Shown piece by piece: positions 48,901 to 61,791 of a stretch of 64,000 bases of DNA. Source of the DNA: Diadema antillarum. Its lineage: Eukaryota. The notes beneath the pieces were generated by a model, which had not been told where the DNA came from, made no database searches, and saw only the letters and a list, made by a program, of their open reading frames with translations. Numbering within the stretch: position 1 is the stretch's first letter; every line of letters begins with the position of its first letter. The DNA lies in assembly GCF_040938485.1 (NCBI RefSeq), contig NW_027272634.1:1-64000 (forward strand), read 5' to 3'. Position numbers and translations under genes: made by a program.

Positions 48901-51173
48901 GGCAAGGGCGTGGCCGAGAAAGACTCAAAGATCGCATCCCGCATCAACACGAAAACCCAGGAATCAGTAAGGCATCTATCAGACTGTATGCTTAGAAATG
49001 ATTCCCTGCGACTTCAAAGATGCTCATATGGCTAGTCCTCACACACAGTCATAAAAATTTCCAATCATCCAACCAACTATTACACATGGATCAAAACATA
49101 ATCAAACACAGGTATGACAACAGCTTTCAATCTTCCACTCTAATTGAATTTCAACACAAATGTTAAATCAATGCGAACAAAAACAAATCCCTTTGAATGA
49201 TATAACAGATGCAATACGGTGTAACTTCTAGTGCCATTATCTATCTAAAAAGCAACAACAGCCGTTGTTACATTACTGGTTCTTTTGGCATGCCAGGAGC
49301 ATCCATCTGTGGGAAATGGTTCTTGGAACAATTAAGGACTTGTTTTTAAACTTGAATTTAAAATGGGAAATATACCATTATGCTTTCATTATGTCCTGCC
49401 TTTGCGGTGTAGCAGGAAGACACTTTCCACTGAAAGCTGCACATATTTCATCTCAAGCATAAGATTACAGCTAGGTAAATCCCCCCTCCCCCATACTAGA
49501 GCATCTCAGGAAATTTCCACACTGATCATACAAATCATGTGCTAACTAAGCACCTAACTTGGCAACGCCCTGTGATTATTGCCTGGAAATCTTAATACGA
49601 CATTATTGAGTAATTATTCTCGACCACAGGACAAAACAAAACCCCAGAAAGAGCATGACAGAGGTTTAGCTCTAGCTGTGATCAAATTTCCTGATGGGCT
49701 GCCGGTAAGATACATGTAAATTAGACAAGAGACAAGGTTTTTGCAATGCATGCGCGCTTCATACTTTGGGAAGTTGAAATTTTGCCATATTATAGAATGC
49801 CTGACAGAAGACTGTACATTTGCATTTTCACCAGGAAAAAAAAAATCCACAAAAAACACCTTACGAATATCAAAAGACTTCAAACAATATTTGACTGTAT
49901 GCCAATGTGATCCTCAATTCCAAAAACAAATTTTGCTTGTAAGCATCTCAATCGAGTGTTTAGATATCCCAGTTTTCAAGCCAATTTTCCATGAGATGAC
50001 TTTATCTTTTCATCCACAACCCTTCCTCTCCTCATGGCGATCTTGTTGCTAGGTGCGGCGTGTCTTTGAGTGAAACCTTGGGCGAGCCTTGGAACAGCTC
50101 TGGAAGATCTCCAAGAAAAAAAAAAGTCTGCAAAAAAACAGAATATTATGCTTCCCAAACCTGGCTTTACTACTATCAAAACAAAAATTTTGTTTGTATC
50201 CGTTTTGTATTATAGTCCGTAATGCATTCACAAATACACTTTCGTATAAAGGGAAAGCAAATGCAAGGAAAGGGAAAAAAAAAAAACCCTTCGATTACGA
50301 CTAAACCTGAAATTTTGGCTAGGGCTCGTCTTCATTAATTGCTGATACAAAAGCCACTTTGGTGGGAAATGGGAAGGGGAGCTGGCAAGCTAGCACTTTA
50401 TCATTAACACATTATGCACACAAAGGTATCTGATTGAGAAAAGGAAATGACAGAAAAAGCAGGTACAGAATAAGGGGATATGTCACATTCCAATTTCCAT
50501 TTCAATTTTTCCCATTTTTCCTTTTTATTTTAATGAATACTTGCTATCCATGTTATTGACCAGAGCAATTAAGTTTTCAAGAGACAGTCAACAAGAAAAT
50601 GTTGTTGCTCCAAACCAATACACGATACTATTTTGAAGCATCATTCTGAAGTGACGTCATATTCCTAAAATATCTTCCTATTTTCTTCATATTCTTTTAG
50701 ATTCCGACGTGTTAATCTCATCTCATTACCCTTTCCGCAGAGTCCCAATAAGGTGAAAGCGACGTGACTACCAATAATGATGACAGCAATTCAGTTTACT
50801 TCCGAAGTTCCAAGCAAACCAGACCGTATCAGTAAAACAGAGGCCGCATAGTAAGAGTTAGACTTTGGTCCCAGCAGATAATTTCACATCCTGTATCAGG
50901 CTATACTTGGATTAGGGAAAAGCACTTCCATTGAATTCATAAATTCATTAGGCTTGCCCACTTTACATATTGTACCCTAATTCAGAATGAAAACCAAGGC
51001 AATAGCTCTCCTGGATGGTTTGTATTGGCAGACTGGGATAAAAATCCAGGAGGGGGGGGGGGGTAGGTAGCAAGAAGGATGACCCACCTTTTACACTTAC
51101 GACCAACTTTTCCATATTTTACTCTTTCTAAAGCTTCTAAGTTGGGAAGGGGGATGGAGTGGGGAGATTAAAA

Positions 51174-51344
51174 AGAGGTTGGCCCCAGTGAAAGCACTTC
51201 GGGTAGAAACAGCATCGCTGCGGGTGGGGGGGGGGGGGGGAGGGGTAGCTATCATTTACCAGGGGAGGCTGGTGTTGGGGTGGGGGTAGGAAAGATTACA
51301 GAGAGGTTGGCCCCAGTGGAAGCATTATGGGTAGAAAGGGTATC
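51174..51344. repeat. Two-copy direct repeat (128-bp period) in a G-tract-rich region
   Basis: AGAGGTTGGCCCCAGTG.AAGCA.T..GGGTAGAAA at 51174 and 51302. Confidence 0.8.
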
Positions 51345-53959
51345 TGGGAGGGATACATGTAGCTACAATTGTCATTCACCAGGAGAGGATGGTGTGTTGG
51401 GGGTAGGGGTTGGGAGGGGGTAGGGAAGGATTTGAATACCATTACCCTGCCTGTCAGTCCTATACAACTTTTTTTAAAATTTATTTCGACGACATAATAT
51501 CTAAAGGAAAAGGGAGGGGACCTCATAAAGAATACAGTGTAGTTCTGCAGGATATTTCTGCTCACCGCAGCATTGTGCAGACAATGTATTTGCATATTGG
51601 CTGGCAAATAGTTGTAAGTGCCTGAATTGGAGACCTGCTTTTATTCTTTATCATTTCCAAGCGCAAACATTCCATCACTGGGCTAGGGGGTGGGGGTGGG
51701 GTGTGTGGATGGGATAGGGGAGCAAAGCTGGAATTTCAGCACTAATGCTGATTTCATTATAGCGAAGAGGCCCGTAGTGTTATCTATTTAGAGAGATTTA
51801 CAATCATCATGCACAAATTGAATTTTTTTTTAAAAAGCATAAAAAACAAACAAACAACCTTCTGGAAGGGTGCCATCACCGCGGCAACAGTAAAAATACA
51901 CAAAATCTGTTTCAAGCAATCGAGAATATCACCTCTCCTTTCAGGTCGTCTGGCGTAGGCTTCCACTGGACGGGCGATATTGCATCAAAAGGATACGAAA
52001 AAATGCAGACTCAATTAACTTCACTTAGCAGGGCTCCATCTGGGGCTCATTGTAGCTCCACCCATATTATCATTTTTGACTAACGCCCAGCAACAAACTT
52101 AACCCCCCAAAAGAATACCACATCTTGTGGGGTGGAGACGAAGGTGAGGGGTGGGGAGGGGGTTTTGAGAATTCACAATCGATAATAGTCCTGGAATTCC
52201 TGACTTGGATTCCCATAATGACAATGTGACCATCTCCCTTTTCTTGAAATTTTTACATACTTCGACTCTGACTCACAGGATGTGACATCTTCGCCCAATT
52301 TTCGAAGGTGAACGACTTGCTCCGTGATAATAACAAACCACAGTCAAATAGGTTTTTCCGCACTGTCAGGATATGATAATTAGAATCTTTTTTTCTCCCT
52401 CTTATTATATTTTGAATCAACCACTTCTCTAGGAACAGACTGGAATGCTATGTATTTAATACTTGACATAGTCTTGAACTCCTAAATTGGTAAATCATTC
52501 GGAGAGATGGACATCCGTCAAAATCAAAGAAAGCAGACGTTTTTGTCTTCTTTTTTATTTCTGCCTCAGTGACAGTTTTACTGATATTTGGTAGATTATG
52601 ATGAATATGACTCACTATGAGTGAATCACAAGAGAACGGTTAAATTTCTGCCCCGAGTTTCTGAAAATTACTCTACCAATTCAAATCCCTTTCAGGGCGA
52701 AAGCATTTAAATGCTGAAGATTACCAATCAAATATGTCATACAAAAATAATGTTTCCTGCCAGATGACATGCCATTGTTGACTTCTTTTCTGATTAAATT
52801 CCTGTAAGCCCAGCATTTTTGGTCAGAACCTTGTAAAAGGGACTCAATATGGTGTCACGGAGATACGTATGGTAATCCTCAGAGCCTTAGTAAAAAGCTT
52901 GTATAGTTACCATTAGGAATGTATTAAAGCATTGATTGACTTTCAAAAAGGCATCTCTTATACAAGCACACATTAAAATCGAGTCATTAAAGGAGACGCT
53001 GCCAGTATTAGTAGAAACATCCCCCTCCCCCCAACAAAGCAAAAAGGGGATATCATTCACCCACCTCAATCTAAAATAAAAAAAAACATTTCCGTGTAAT
53101 CTTCCCAAACTGACAGGGAATCAGGGAAATTTCACTCTGAAATGGTAAATCAATCTTTATCTCGTTAAGTTCATTTTGACACGCATCTTACTCCAATTAA
53201 TCTTCCCCCTCATCTCGTACATGTAGCTGGCCCACAGCTCCCCGCTAGCTACCGGGAGCCAAGAGCCCGAGGAGGTCTCTCTCGCGCTAATTCACGGCTA
53301 ATCTCTCAACGATCCGACCCCCTGGAACGCATGACAGGAAGTCGGACATTAATGGCGACATGTTCGTTCGGTTTCCGTGTGAGCGGCATTCTTCCAAGCG
53401 TCGATTGTTCTGCAGTGCGTGACTAAGACTTACTCTGTTCACCGCCATAAAGAAAAAAAAAAACGCAACAGGCCTTTTACCAATTAACATTTCTCTTCTC
53501 TTTTTTCTGCACTAATAAAAATTCCCGGCTGCGCTTTTCTGGGGGTTTTTTTCCCCCTCTGTGGCTTTTCCAAGATGTAGGATAGGATGTTTACCTAATT
53601 CGGTTTCAGGAAAATTTGATAATGACAAAGGATTTGTCCTCTTGTCAATCTACACAAAGTGTTTCTGTAGTAACACAAATTCTATTGTGCCATTTTATAG
53701 TGTTAATCCAAGGAGGTCACTTGGAAAATGTGCAATAACGTCAAATCAATAAAAAAAGGGGAGGATCCCAAATTGGTAAAATGGGGCAATCATCCACATA
53801 GAATCAGAGGACAATCTAATCTTGTGTTTTCAGAGCAAATCATGAACGATATTAGATACAAGTGTACCTTGCAGCTACCCTTTCACCAAGACGAATTAAG
53901 GTGGAGTTTTCTTTGGTGGTTTTTTTGTTTGTTTGTTTTATGCTAAGATTGTTAAGGCA

Positions 53960-54500
53960 AAGTTTGGCCGAGGTGTTGTGGTCTACTGGAAAATGTACCA
54001 TGCTTTAAGTGAGTAGGTATTGGGTTCAAACCCCATTAGGGCACTAGTGTGTGTATCCCCTATGATGTCTTTATCCACAGCACAAGTCTCTACACAGGTG
54101 TCGATGGGTACCTTGGGATTAAAAGAAACCGAATGTTTATATGGAGTTACATTTTTAATAGCTTGTGCCTGCCACAATGGTGTTTAGAGGAGTTCAGTGG
54201 GGGTCATCCCACAAGACCTACACCCACGAGTCATACAGCGCACGAGTCCTACAGCCCACAAGTTCGACACTAGGCAAATAAAGCCCATGAGACCGACACT
54301 AGGTAAAAACATTCCACAAGTTCGACAGATACAACACGGGGTTTAATGTGTCAGTCTCGTGGGCCTTGTTTGCTTAGTGTCAAACTCATGGGTTGTATGA
54401 CTCGCAGGCTGTATGACTCGTAGGCTGTATGACTCGTGGGTGTTGGTCTCGTGACGTGCACCCGTTCAGTGAGCGCTCTGAAGGTGAACAGTTTTTATAA
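53960..54500 (+). mobile_element. Degraded tRNA-derived SINE (CORE-like), interrupted by a MITE near its 3' end
   Basis: A-box-like TGGCCGAGGTG (53965), B box GGTTCAAACCC (54023-54033), CORE-like CTCTACACAGGTGTCGATGGGTACC. Confidence 0.6.
54200..54463. mobile_element. 264-bp MITE with about 40-bp TIRs and exact 8-bp TSD GTTCAGTG (Merlin- or MULE-like GGG ends)
   Basis: TSD at 54192-54199 and 54464-54471; CACCCACGAGTCATACAGC pairs with GCTGTATGACTCGTGGGTG. Confidence 0.85.
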
Positions 54501-56559
54501 TGATGCCAGCATCATGATATGGTAGAAAGATTTTTTTTTTTTTTTTAAATACCATCATCATCATAAAGCATGTAGCATGGCATACCACATCTTAATACTA
54601 CATCAGAGAAAGTGTAATACTGGCATGCATCACTTAATACTGCAATACCATAAGCCCAAGTGTCATGGGATTGATCCAATGTGAGTCTACGCAAATCTGT
54701 GTTGAAGAGTCTCCCTCCAGCAATTTGCCTGAATCAGGGCGTAAAAATAAGCCCTGTGCACAAGTTTCCGTCATTCCTAGTAAAAGTACATTGAACTCAC
54801 TTGAGGTATACATGGAATCCTATGATCTAATAGTAAACACTCTTGCTCAGAATTTGTTGGGCTGGATGACTCAAGTTTCAAACTCATACAGCCCCATAAA
54901 AAACTAACCTCTCTCATTTTCTGCAGCAGATTGCATAAATATGGGGAGAAAAGAAAAGAAAAGCCATGAAACGCATGCAGAAACATATAAAATTATGAAA
55001 ACAAAACTCAAGAAAGTTTGAAATGAAATGACTCTTAGCATACATTCATATTGTAACATATTCTCAATGATAAGCTACATGTACACATGTTTGTACATTG
55101 TACACTTGAATATTAATAAAAACCCCATCACAGTAATATGAGCTCATATAAAACTACCATGCATGAGTCTAAGTTATATGATTAGCTGGTGACAATGTCT
55201 GCACGGACAAGTTTACACAATTACTCAGTATAAGAATCACTGTGACGTTAATTTCTTCTTTTAATTTGTGCATTCAAGTCATCAATTACCAAAATTCAGG
55301 TAAAAATATCTTTGTAGTTTCATCTGATGTTTAATAATACATTATTAGTATTTGAGCACTTTGATGCATCTACAATGATACAAAAAAAAAGTTTTATATA
55401 TTCTGTAGAAGATGAAATAGTATCTTTGATTCCTGCAAATTATGCTTTTTTCCAGATCCTTACATAATATCTGCATTATCCCTAAAATTTGGGACGAAAT
55501 CTTATCACAGTTCATCAATTCCTCCTACTAGCTATAAAATTCCATTCCCGGGAGGACTGCGTACTTTGCTGAAAATGACATCACTGAGAGCCAGAAAATA
55601 TTGATACTACCCTTGCTTCACAATTCTTTCTCATTTCTGCTTATTTTTTACTGGAGAAACCAACTATTGTGTGTAGCTGAGTGATTTCAAGCACATTCTT
55701 ATCTTGCCAAACAAGCACACTGCACACAGAAGAGCAACACTTGTTCAACACAATTACAAACATGGATATGAATGTGTGGGAGATGGATAAACTATTTTTT
55801 GAGAAAGGAAATTTTGTCGGTACAATATACATTGTAATATCAAACTTTAAAATTTTGGTGGTTTTGGCATTCTTCCAGCACAGATATTTTCTGCAAATGT
55901 TTCACGGTAATGCCTTTCACATGATTATGAAACGAAAGACAGACTTGCAGTATTCTGTATGGACACAACACAAAATGTTCACAGGCTTCAAAGCACGAGT
56001 TTGAAAGCAGTTTGCTTAGAAATCACTGGATCACTTCACAACAACATAACTACACTTGTCAAGCACAATTTGTGAAATTGGGGCAAATTTCAACATTTGT
56101 TGCATTGTTCATGGCCAAAAAGGAGTAGAAAATCAAAAGAAGAGAAGAAAAGAGGAATCAAAAGAGGATCACTGGAGAGGATTTCTTATTAAACAATCTG
56201 ACATGTCTTGAGCTGACAATTACACAGCAACACATACAACGTATGGACAGCATTGTATGGACAAACAAATACTGTACCTACACGTGTATGTACAGCACCT
56301 GACAATAAACCCTCCAGTCCTAAAGACATTTTGCCTCAGAAATTATCCCCCTCAGTCACTGTTCACTTCATGTGATTTCAGTGTCTAAAATTCATTTGAT
56401 TTGATCATCTAAAATTAATTTGATTTCATCTTCTGATGCTCACGGCATGTCTCCTGTGCTAGAAAGACTGGGTGGAACTGATACAATTGATTACATCTGC
56501 TCAAAATCAGATAGAACTCTACCTCAAAAATATGCCACTTTGGGGGATTAACACGAATT

Positions 56560-56652
56560 TTATCCCACTGAAAACTAGTCCCAAGTATACTCAGGCAGGT
56601 GTCTATGGGAAATGTGTGTTATAGCAAAATCAGCTCATTCCCAATGGGTTAA
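56560..56652. mobile_element. 93-bp TTAA MITE, copy 6
   Basis: Same core and length; right end CCCAATGGGTTAA. Confidence 0.85.
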
Positions 56653-58657
56653 GCTTCTAAAATAGATTGCCAATTTGAAAATTTGCTACAAATAAAACAA
56701 TTAAAGAGGCATTTGAAAATTCTGAAACATCTGAGACGTAACAATTACGTACACATATGAATTAAACAAAATAAGGGCTTAATTGAATTTTTTTTCTATC
56801 TGTTTTTTTGCAAAACTTATAACAATGACTGGTTAAAGAATAGAAATAAATAAGAGTATCAAGGTAAACCAAAAGCAAAGTAATGTGGTTCTAGGACTCA
56901 AGGGGTTATAAAAACATAAGGAACATTAGCAACATACATTACACTCATTCCTTTTCATTTTCCCCTTTTAAGAGCTCTTTCTTTTTGCAAAATTACCAGC
57001 AAAAATAGGAAACAGTCATGCTGCGCATCCATTTTAACATTTAATACCAACATTCAGGCATATATGCGGTTTAGACATTAAATTCACTCTCCACACATTT
57101 AAATACTCATTATGTGACTGGCTGCTAACCCCACCGCCACCCCCCTGGAAAAAAAAAAATCATAAAACATCCTATGTAGGACATACAAAATAATGCTAAT
57201 GCATGAAATTTGAGGTAGGAGAGTCATTGCTTTTAGTTGATCTTTTCCATTAATCATGTTTTCTGCATCTAGTTCATGAACTAATTTTATTTCAGAATTT
57301 GAATTTGTGTTTTCTTTCGCTGGCTCTATGGTTTTTGTTCAAGTAGACAGCATCGGAGTGAGACGAGCATGTTATTTAAAATCAAATGAAACACATGAAA
57401 AATTACTGCAAAATGAATGAATTTAATGCATCTGACATTGGTTCATTCTATCACATGAGAATTTGATGGTCTAAATAGGCATATGAAGTTAGAATTCAAA
57501 TGATCACTATAGTAACGCGTCTAACATTATCAAATGGTGTACTGAGTAAAATTGAGTGAAGACATCGACAACATGTTTTTGTCTGGTGCCACGAATGTTC
57601 TTTTACCAAAGACAGAGCAGCGTGAATTCTCTCATACTAATTGCAGATTGTACACAAATGTGAACAATACAATTCAAAATGACACTTTAGCATTATTTGC
57701 AGTTGACTCTGAGAAGCAGTTGAATGATTTGTGCAGTTTTCACATCATTTCGCCACACTGCTCCTTCCTTTGAGTAAAACCCCTGTCCCTACTTAAAACT
57801 TGACGGCACATCAGACAGTTCACCATGAAGCAATGCACACTTGATTGTGGTTATTAAGCGTCGGGTTACGAGGCGGGCGCGGCATGCATTGCGACAGATG
57901 TGACAAACAGACCTTTTGAAATGAGGAGTTAGAGAACAGAAGATTTTTATCACCAACCTTCGACGGCGACAGTTCCTTAAGTTCAATCTAGGACAGAGAA
58001 GAGCCCAAACACCGGTAGAATATCATGAGAGATGGATCAATACACCTTTAAGAATCAAAATCAAAGATCATGCACCCTAACCACACTGTCACACACCACA
58101 GACAATCCACAAACATCAATTGATACAAATGCAGCAAAAAAAGAAACACCATGTTTAATACCACTGTACTCAAAGTACGACAAAAATTGTGTATAAATTC
58201 AGCACACCATATTTATGCAGCCACATCACCTGCACTCATTGATGGCTGTTTTTGTTTGTTTGTTTGTTTGTTTGTTTACACCACTGCCTGAGTAGGCATG
58301 TGTTCACTGCTCATTTGTCTTTTGCTTGCTATGGATGAAATGGTGATTCAAAAGATTTTCAGATTTATGGTGCTGCAAGTATAGAAATTCAATTTAAAAA
58401 GAGGGAATACTGTGATAGCGAATATGAAGAGTATACTAATTCTGATTCCACTTCAACATCTTCTTCAGATGACAAACCCTTACCACATACTGGGGGAGAG
58501 ACTTTTGTCTTGTAGCTTTAAAGGGACATTCCAGACGATTTTCATAATTTCACATCATGTAATACATAAATCAACAACTCCATGTATAGATTTGTGGAAT
58601 TTGTTGTTGTTATTGAGCAGAAAAACAGTATTTTGAAAAACCTTAAACAAATTACAC

Positions 58658-58846
58658 TGAACAAGGATGATGACATAGGAGGTTCACATATTTCAGAAAT
58701 GTAGCAGTGTAATTCCATTACAATACCGCTTGCTTTGCGAGTTCACCTGTGTATAATTTATGCATGCCTTCTTCTTTTGTTCTGCTTCCTTGAGCCCCAA
58801 CTCATGCATTCTTATGGTGACTCTGCCATGTCATCATCCTTGTTCA
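58658..58846. repeat. Perfect 19-bp inverted repeat pair
   Basis: TGAACAAGGATGATGACAT (58658-58676) and ATGTCATCATCCTTGTTCA (58828-58846). Confidence 0.8.
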
Positions 58847-59480
58847 TTGCAATTTGTTCTAAATGTTGAAAATATTCTTATTCTTCATCCCAATTATCAC
58901 AAATTCTGAAACTCTGTCCTCAGTATAACTAATTTATAGTTGTTCAAATGTAAAAATCTGAAAATCATCTGGAGGTCTCCTTTAAATGCACACACCCAAT
59001 CGTACACACTTTTAAAAAACAAAACAAAAACATTTTTTGGTTTTTTTTTCCCCCCCCCCCAAAGAGAGAGTACATGGAAGGGGTGCCAATCATATCTGTA
59101 ACATTTCACAATAATCCCCATGCACAAGGCACAATTGCAAGAGAAAAGCCATTCAGTCCCATAGCCCCTGTTTTACACCCATACATTGTATGTGTGGGGG
59201 AAGCAATCAAGTCTTCTAACACCAGTCTCGTGTTCATATCCATCCTACCCCAAACATATCACTGTCCATCTACCAGCCTGTAGACTTCAAAAGAACCAAC
59301 ACACATATCCTGAATATCGCGCTTCAATCATAACCAATGTTACCTCCAAGACCGTGCTAATTTCTGACAACACCAAGTCCAAAAACTATAAAACTAAGCT
59401 TTCCTTTTAGTTTATAGCATCTTTTAAATGAAACCATAACAATCTGCATTTTCCTTTCCACAGGAAGAAGCCCAGGCACC

Positions 59481-59798
59481 ATGCTGATATATACAGCATT
59501 AGGTCTTTACAAAATGATATATAATGCTGTGCAAATGGGGTCTGAAAAAATTGATGGTTTTGGATAGGAATTTTTGACACACCCTCACGCTATTTCTGAA
59601 TTTCTTTTTGCCGAATGATACAAGTTTCTTGAAGACTTTCTTCTGATGTATGGCATGATGGAGAGAGAAAAAAATATCAACAGAGAAGAAGAAATGAGAA
59701 ATGATTCTTTGAAGAAAGTCATTCAAAGATACATGGATCATCAACACACTCCACGAAACACATCATACACAAGATTTCCAGATAAATCTGCCATATAG
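59481..59798 (+). pseudogene. Possible decayed coding relic (106 codons, two in-frame stops), origin unknown
   Basis: MLIYTALGLYKMIYNAVQMGSEKIDGFG*EFLTHPHAISEFLFAE*YKFLEDFLLMYGMMEREKNINREEEMRNDSLKKVIQRYMDHQHTPRNTSYTRFPDKSAI*. Confidence 0.25.
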
Positions 59799-61496
59799 CA
59801 GTGAAAATTGATACAATATATCTCTTACCGTCTGTTATAACATCAAAGGTAAAAAGGCTATTTGAATGTCGAAAGTTACAATTTGTATATCACAAATGCA
59901 AACATGTAATCACTTTTTATCTGAGAAACATTTATGACAGGATGTTGCAACTAGAATTTTTTGTGAATCTTCACTGCCAAACAATACTTTTGTGGTTGGA
60001 TGAAACACATGTGACTTTGGACAGGTAAGCAAACTGCAACCAACTCGGTCTGCACTCGTCATGAGCAACACACAACTGTAAGGCCAGCAACTTGACATAA
60101 ATTCTTTTGAACTTCGTTATGATCATTTTTTTTTTGGGGGGGGGGGGGGCAGGTTTGTGGAGGGCAAATTGAAGGAGATAGTGTATGCATATGACTAGTC
60201 ACACAGTCTCCTTGATTTAAAAAAAAAAAAGAAGAGAAAATACTCTCCTTGTAAATTGCCGTCACATGCAGATGTTTTAATAGAGGAAAATCTGTAGTCG
60301 CATACCAAACAGTATGAAGTGGCTGGTACAATTACTACATTGTTCTCAACTGGTTTGCACTTATATTTACACAATCTGGATCAAGAGGATCATGCATCAT
60401 TCTCATTATCCTTTGAAGCTTGCTCTTGCATCCTAACTTCATGGACCACTTTAAAAGGGGAAGGTAACGGAATCATCTTTTTTTTCACTCTACTTTGCAA
60501 GAGTGATAAAAAATGTGTCCGCATCATTCTTGATATTCTACATTCTCACATGAATGTGACACCATCAGTCAAATCACAGAGACGTTATCGGTACAATGGA
60601 CACAGTGATTGATGTGCATTCTCAATGGTGGTACTGGACCAGCAGGGAATAGGCAAGCGCAAAGTATGGCTCCACGTCCATACCACATGGAATGAGATTT
60701 CAAGCCAACACATTATTGAACATATGGGACTGAGCAAATGTGAAATGCACTGGTAATCTTAACCCACACATACGGCAGGTGGGAATCCCTCCCTGGACAA
60801 ATCCAGGGCACTGTGAAATATGATGATTTCATTTTCATCACACCTTCAAAGTCGGAGGATATCAGATATCAAATTTCCTGGAGAACTCCACTACATGTAC
60901 CTGGCCAACAAACTTGAAGTAGAGTGAATGCTTTTTTTCAAATCTATGTCGAGCGGAAAAATGGATACATTTCAGGAAGATGATAAAATTGCAGAGCACA
61001 CTGCAATATCACTTGCTTGGTGGTTCATTTTCCTATCATTATCATGTCAAGAAAAAAAAATCTATGACTCTGAAAAAGCAAAACACAACATGATTTGGCA
61101 ATCCCTGCTGCTCATGTTTTTCTTGAAGCAGAGACGTGAGAAAAAAGTGAATGAAAATGATAAGAGGATAAAAATATCATATTCTAATTTGATAAAAGCA
61201 ATACCCATCTTGTGGAATAAAGTGCTAGAAATAGACATACATGTAGAACTACCAATCTTCACCAAATGTGATGTGAATTAACGACTTTCAATAAGAGGTA
61301 AATATATATTCTACAAAACAAATATTAAAAATAAAATACACCATTGTGAGAGTTGTTAAATATGATTAGAGTGTCCACTGAAAATTTTTTTTAAAAAATC
61401 TATTTTGACCAAAAACATTTTCTGTTAGTAGTATGATTAGTATCTAACACTACTGTCTAGCTAGTTGTAAATCATGCACAACAACATAAAAACAAT

Positions 61497-61791
61497 TAAG
61501 GGAACTATTGGTTACACAATATAACAGAAAACAATAAAAACAAAGTACATTGTACATGATGGCCACTTTAGTATACAAATTGTAGCAATGAATTTACATT
61601 CAGGAATTCCCATAGAATTTCAAAGCTATGATTCAAGTTGAATTTACCAAGAGCAGTATCTCTTTGTATGTGCTTTTGTTTTTGTTTTAGATTTATAAAG
61701 CCATTTAACCGATTTTGAAAATTTGATATCATTAGAAATTGTGTTTTGACACTCTTTAGACTTCCTACCTATTTTTTAATCTGTTCCTTCA
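61497..61791. mobile_element. Possible degraded Kolobok-like MITE
   Basis: TTAAGGGAAC left end and GTTCCTTCAA right end. Confidence 0.35.

Noticed and set aside
59829-59831. 3-nt minus-strand microexon (CAG|ACG|GTAAGA)
   Set aside because: About one such match is expected by chance in 20 kb and there is no other support.
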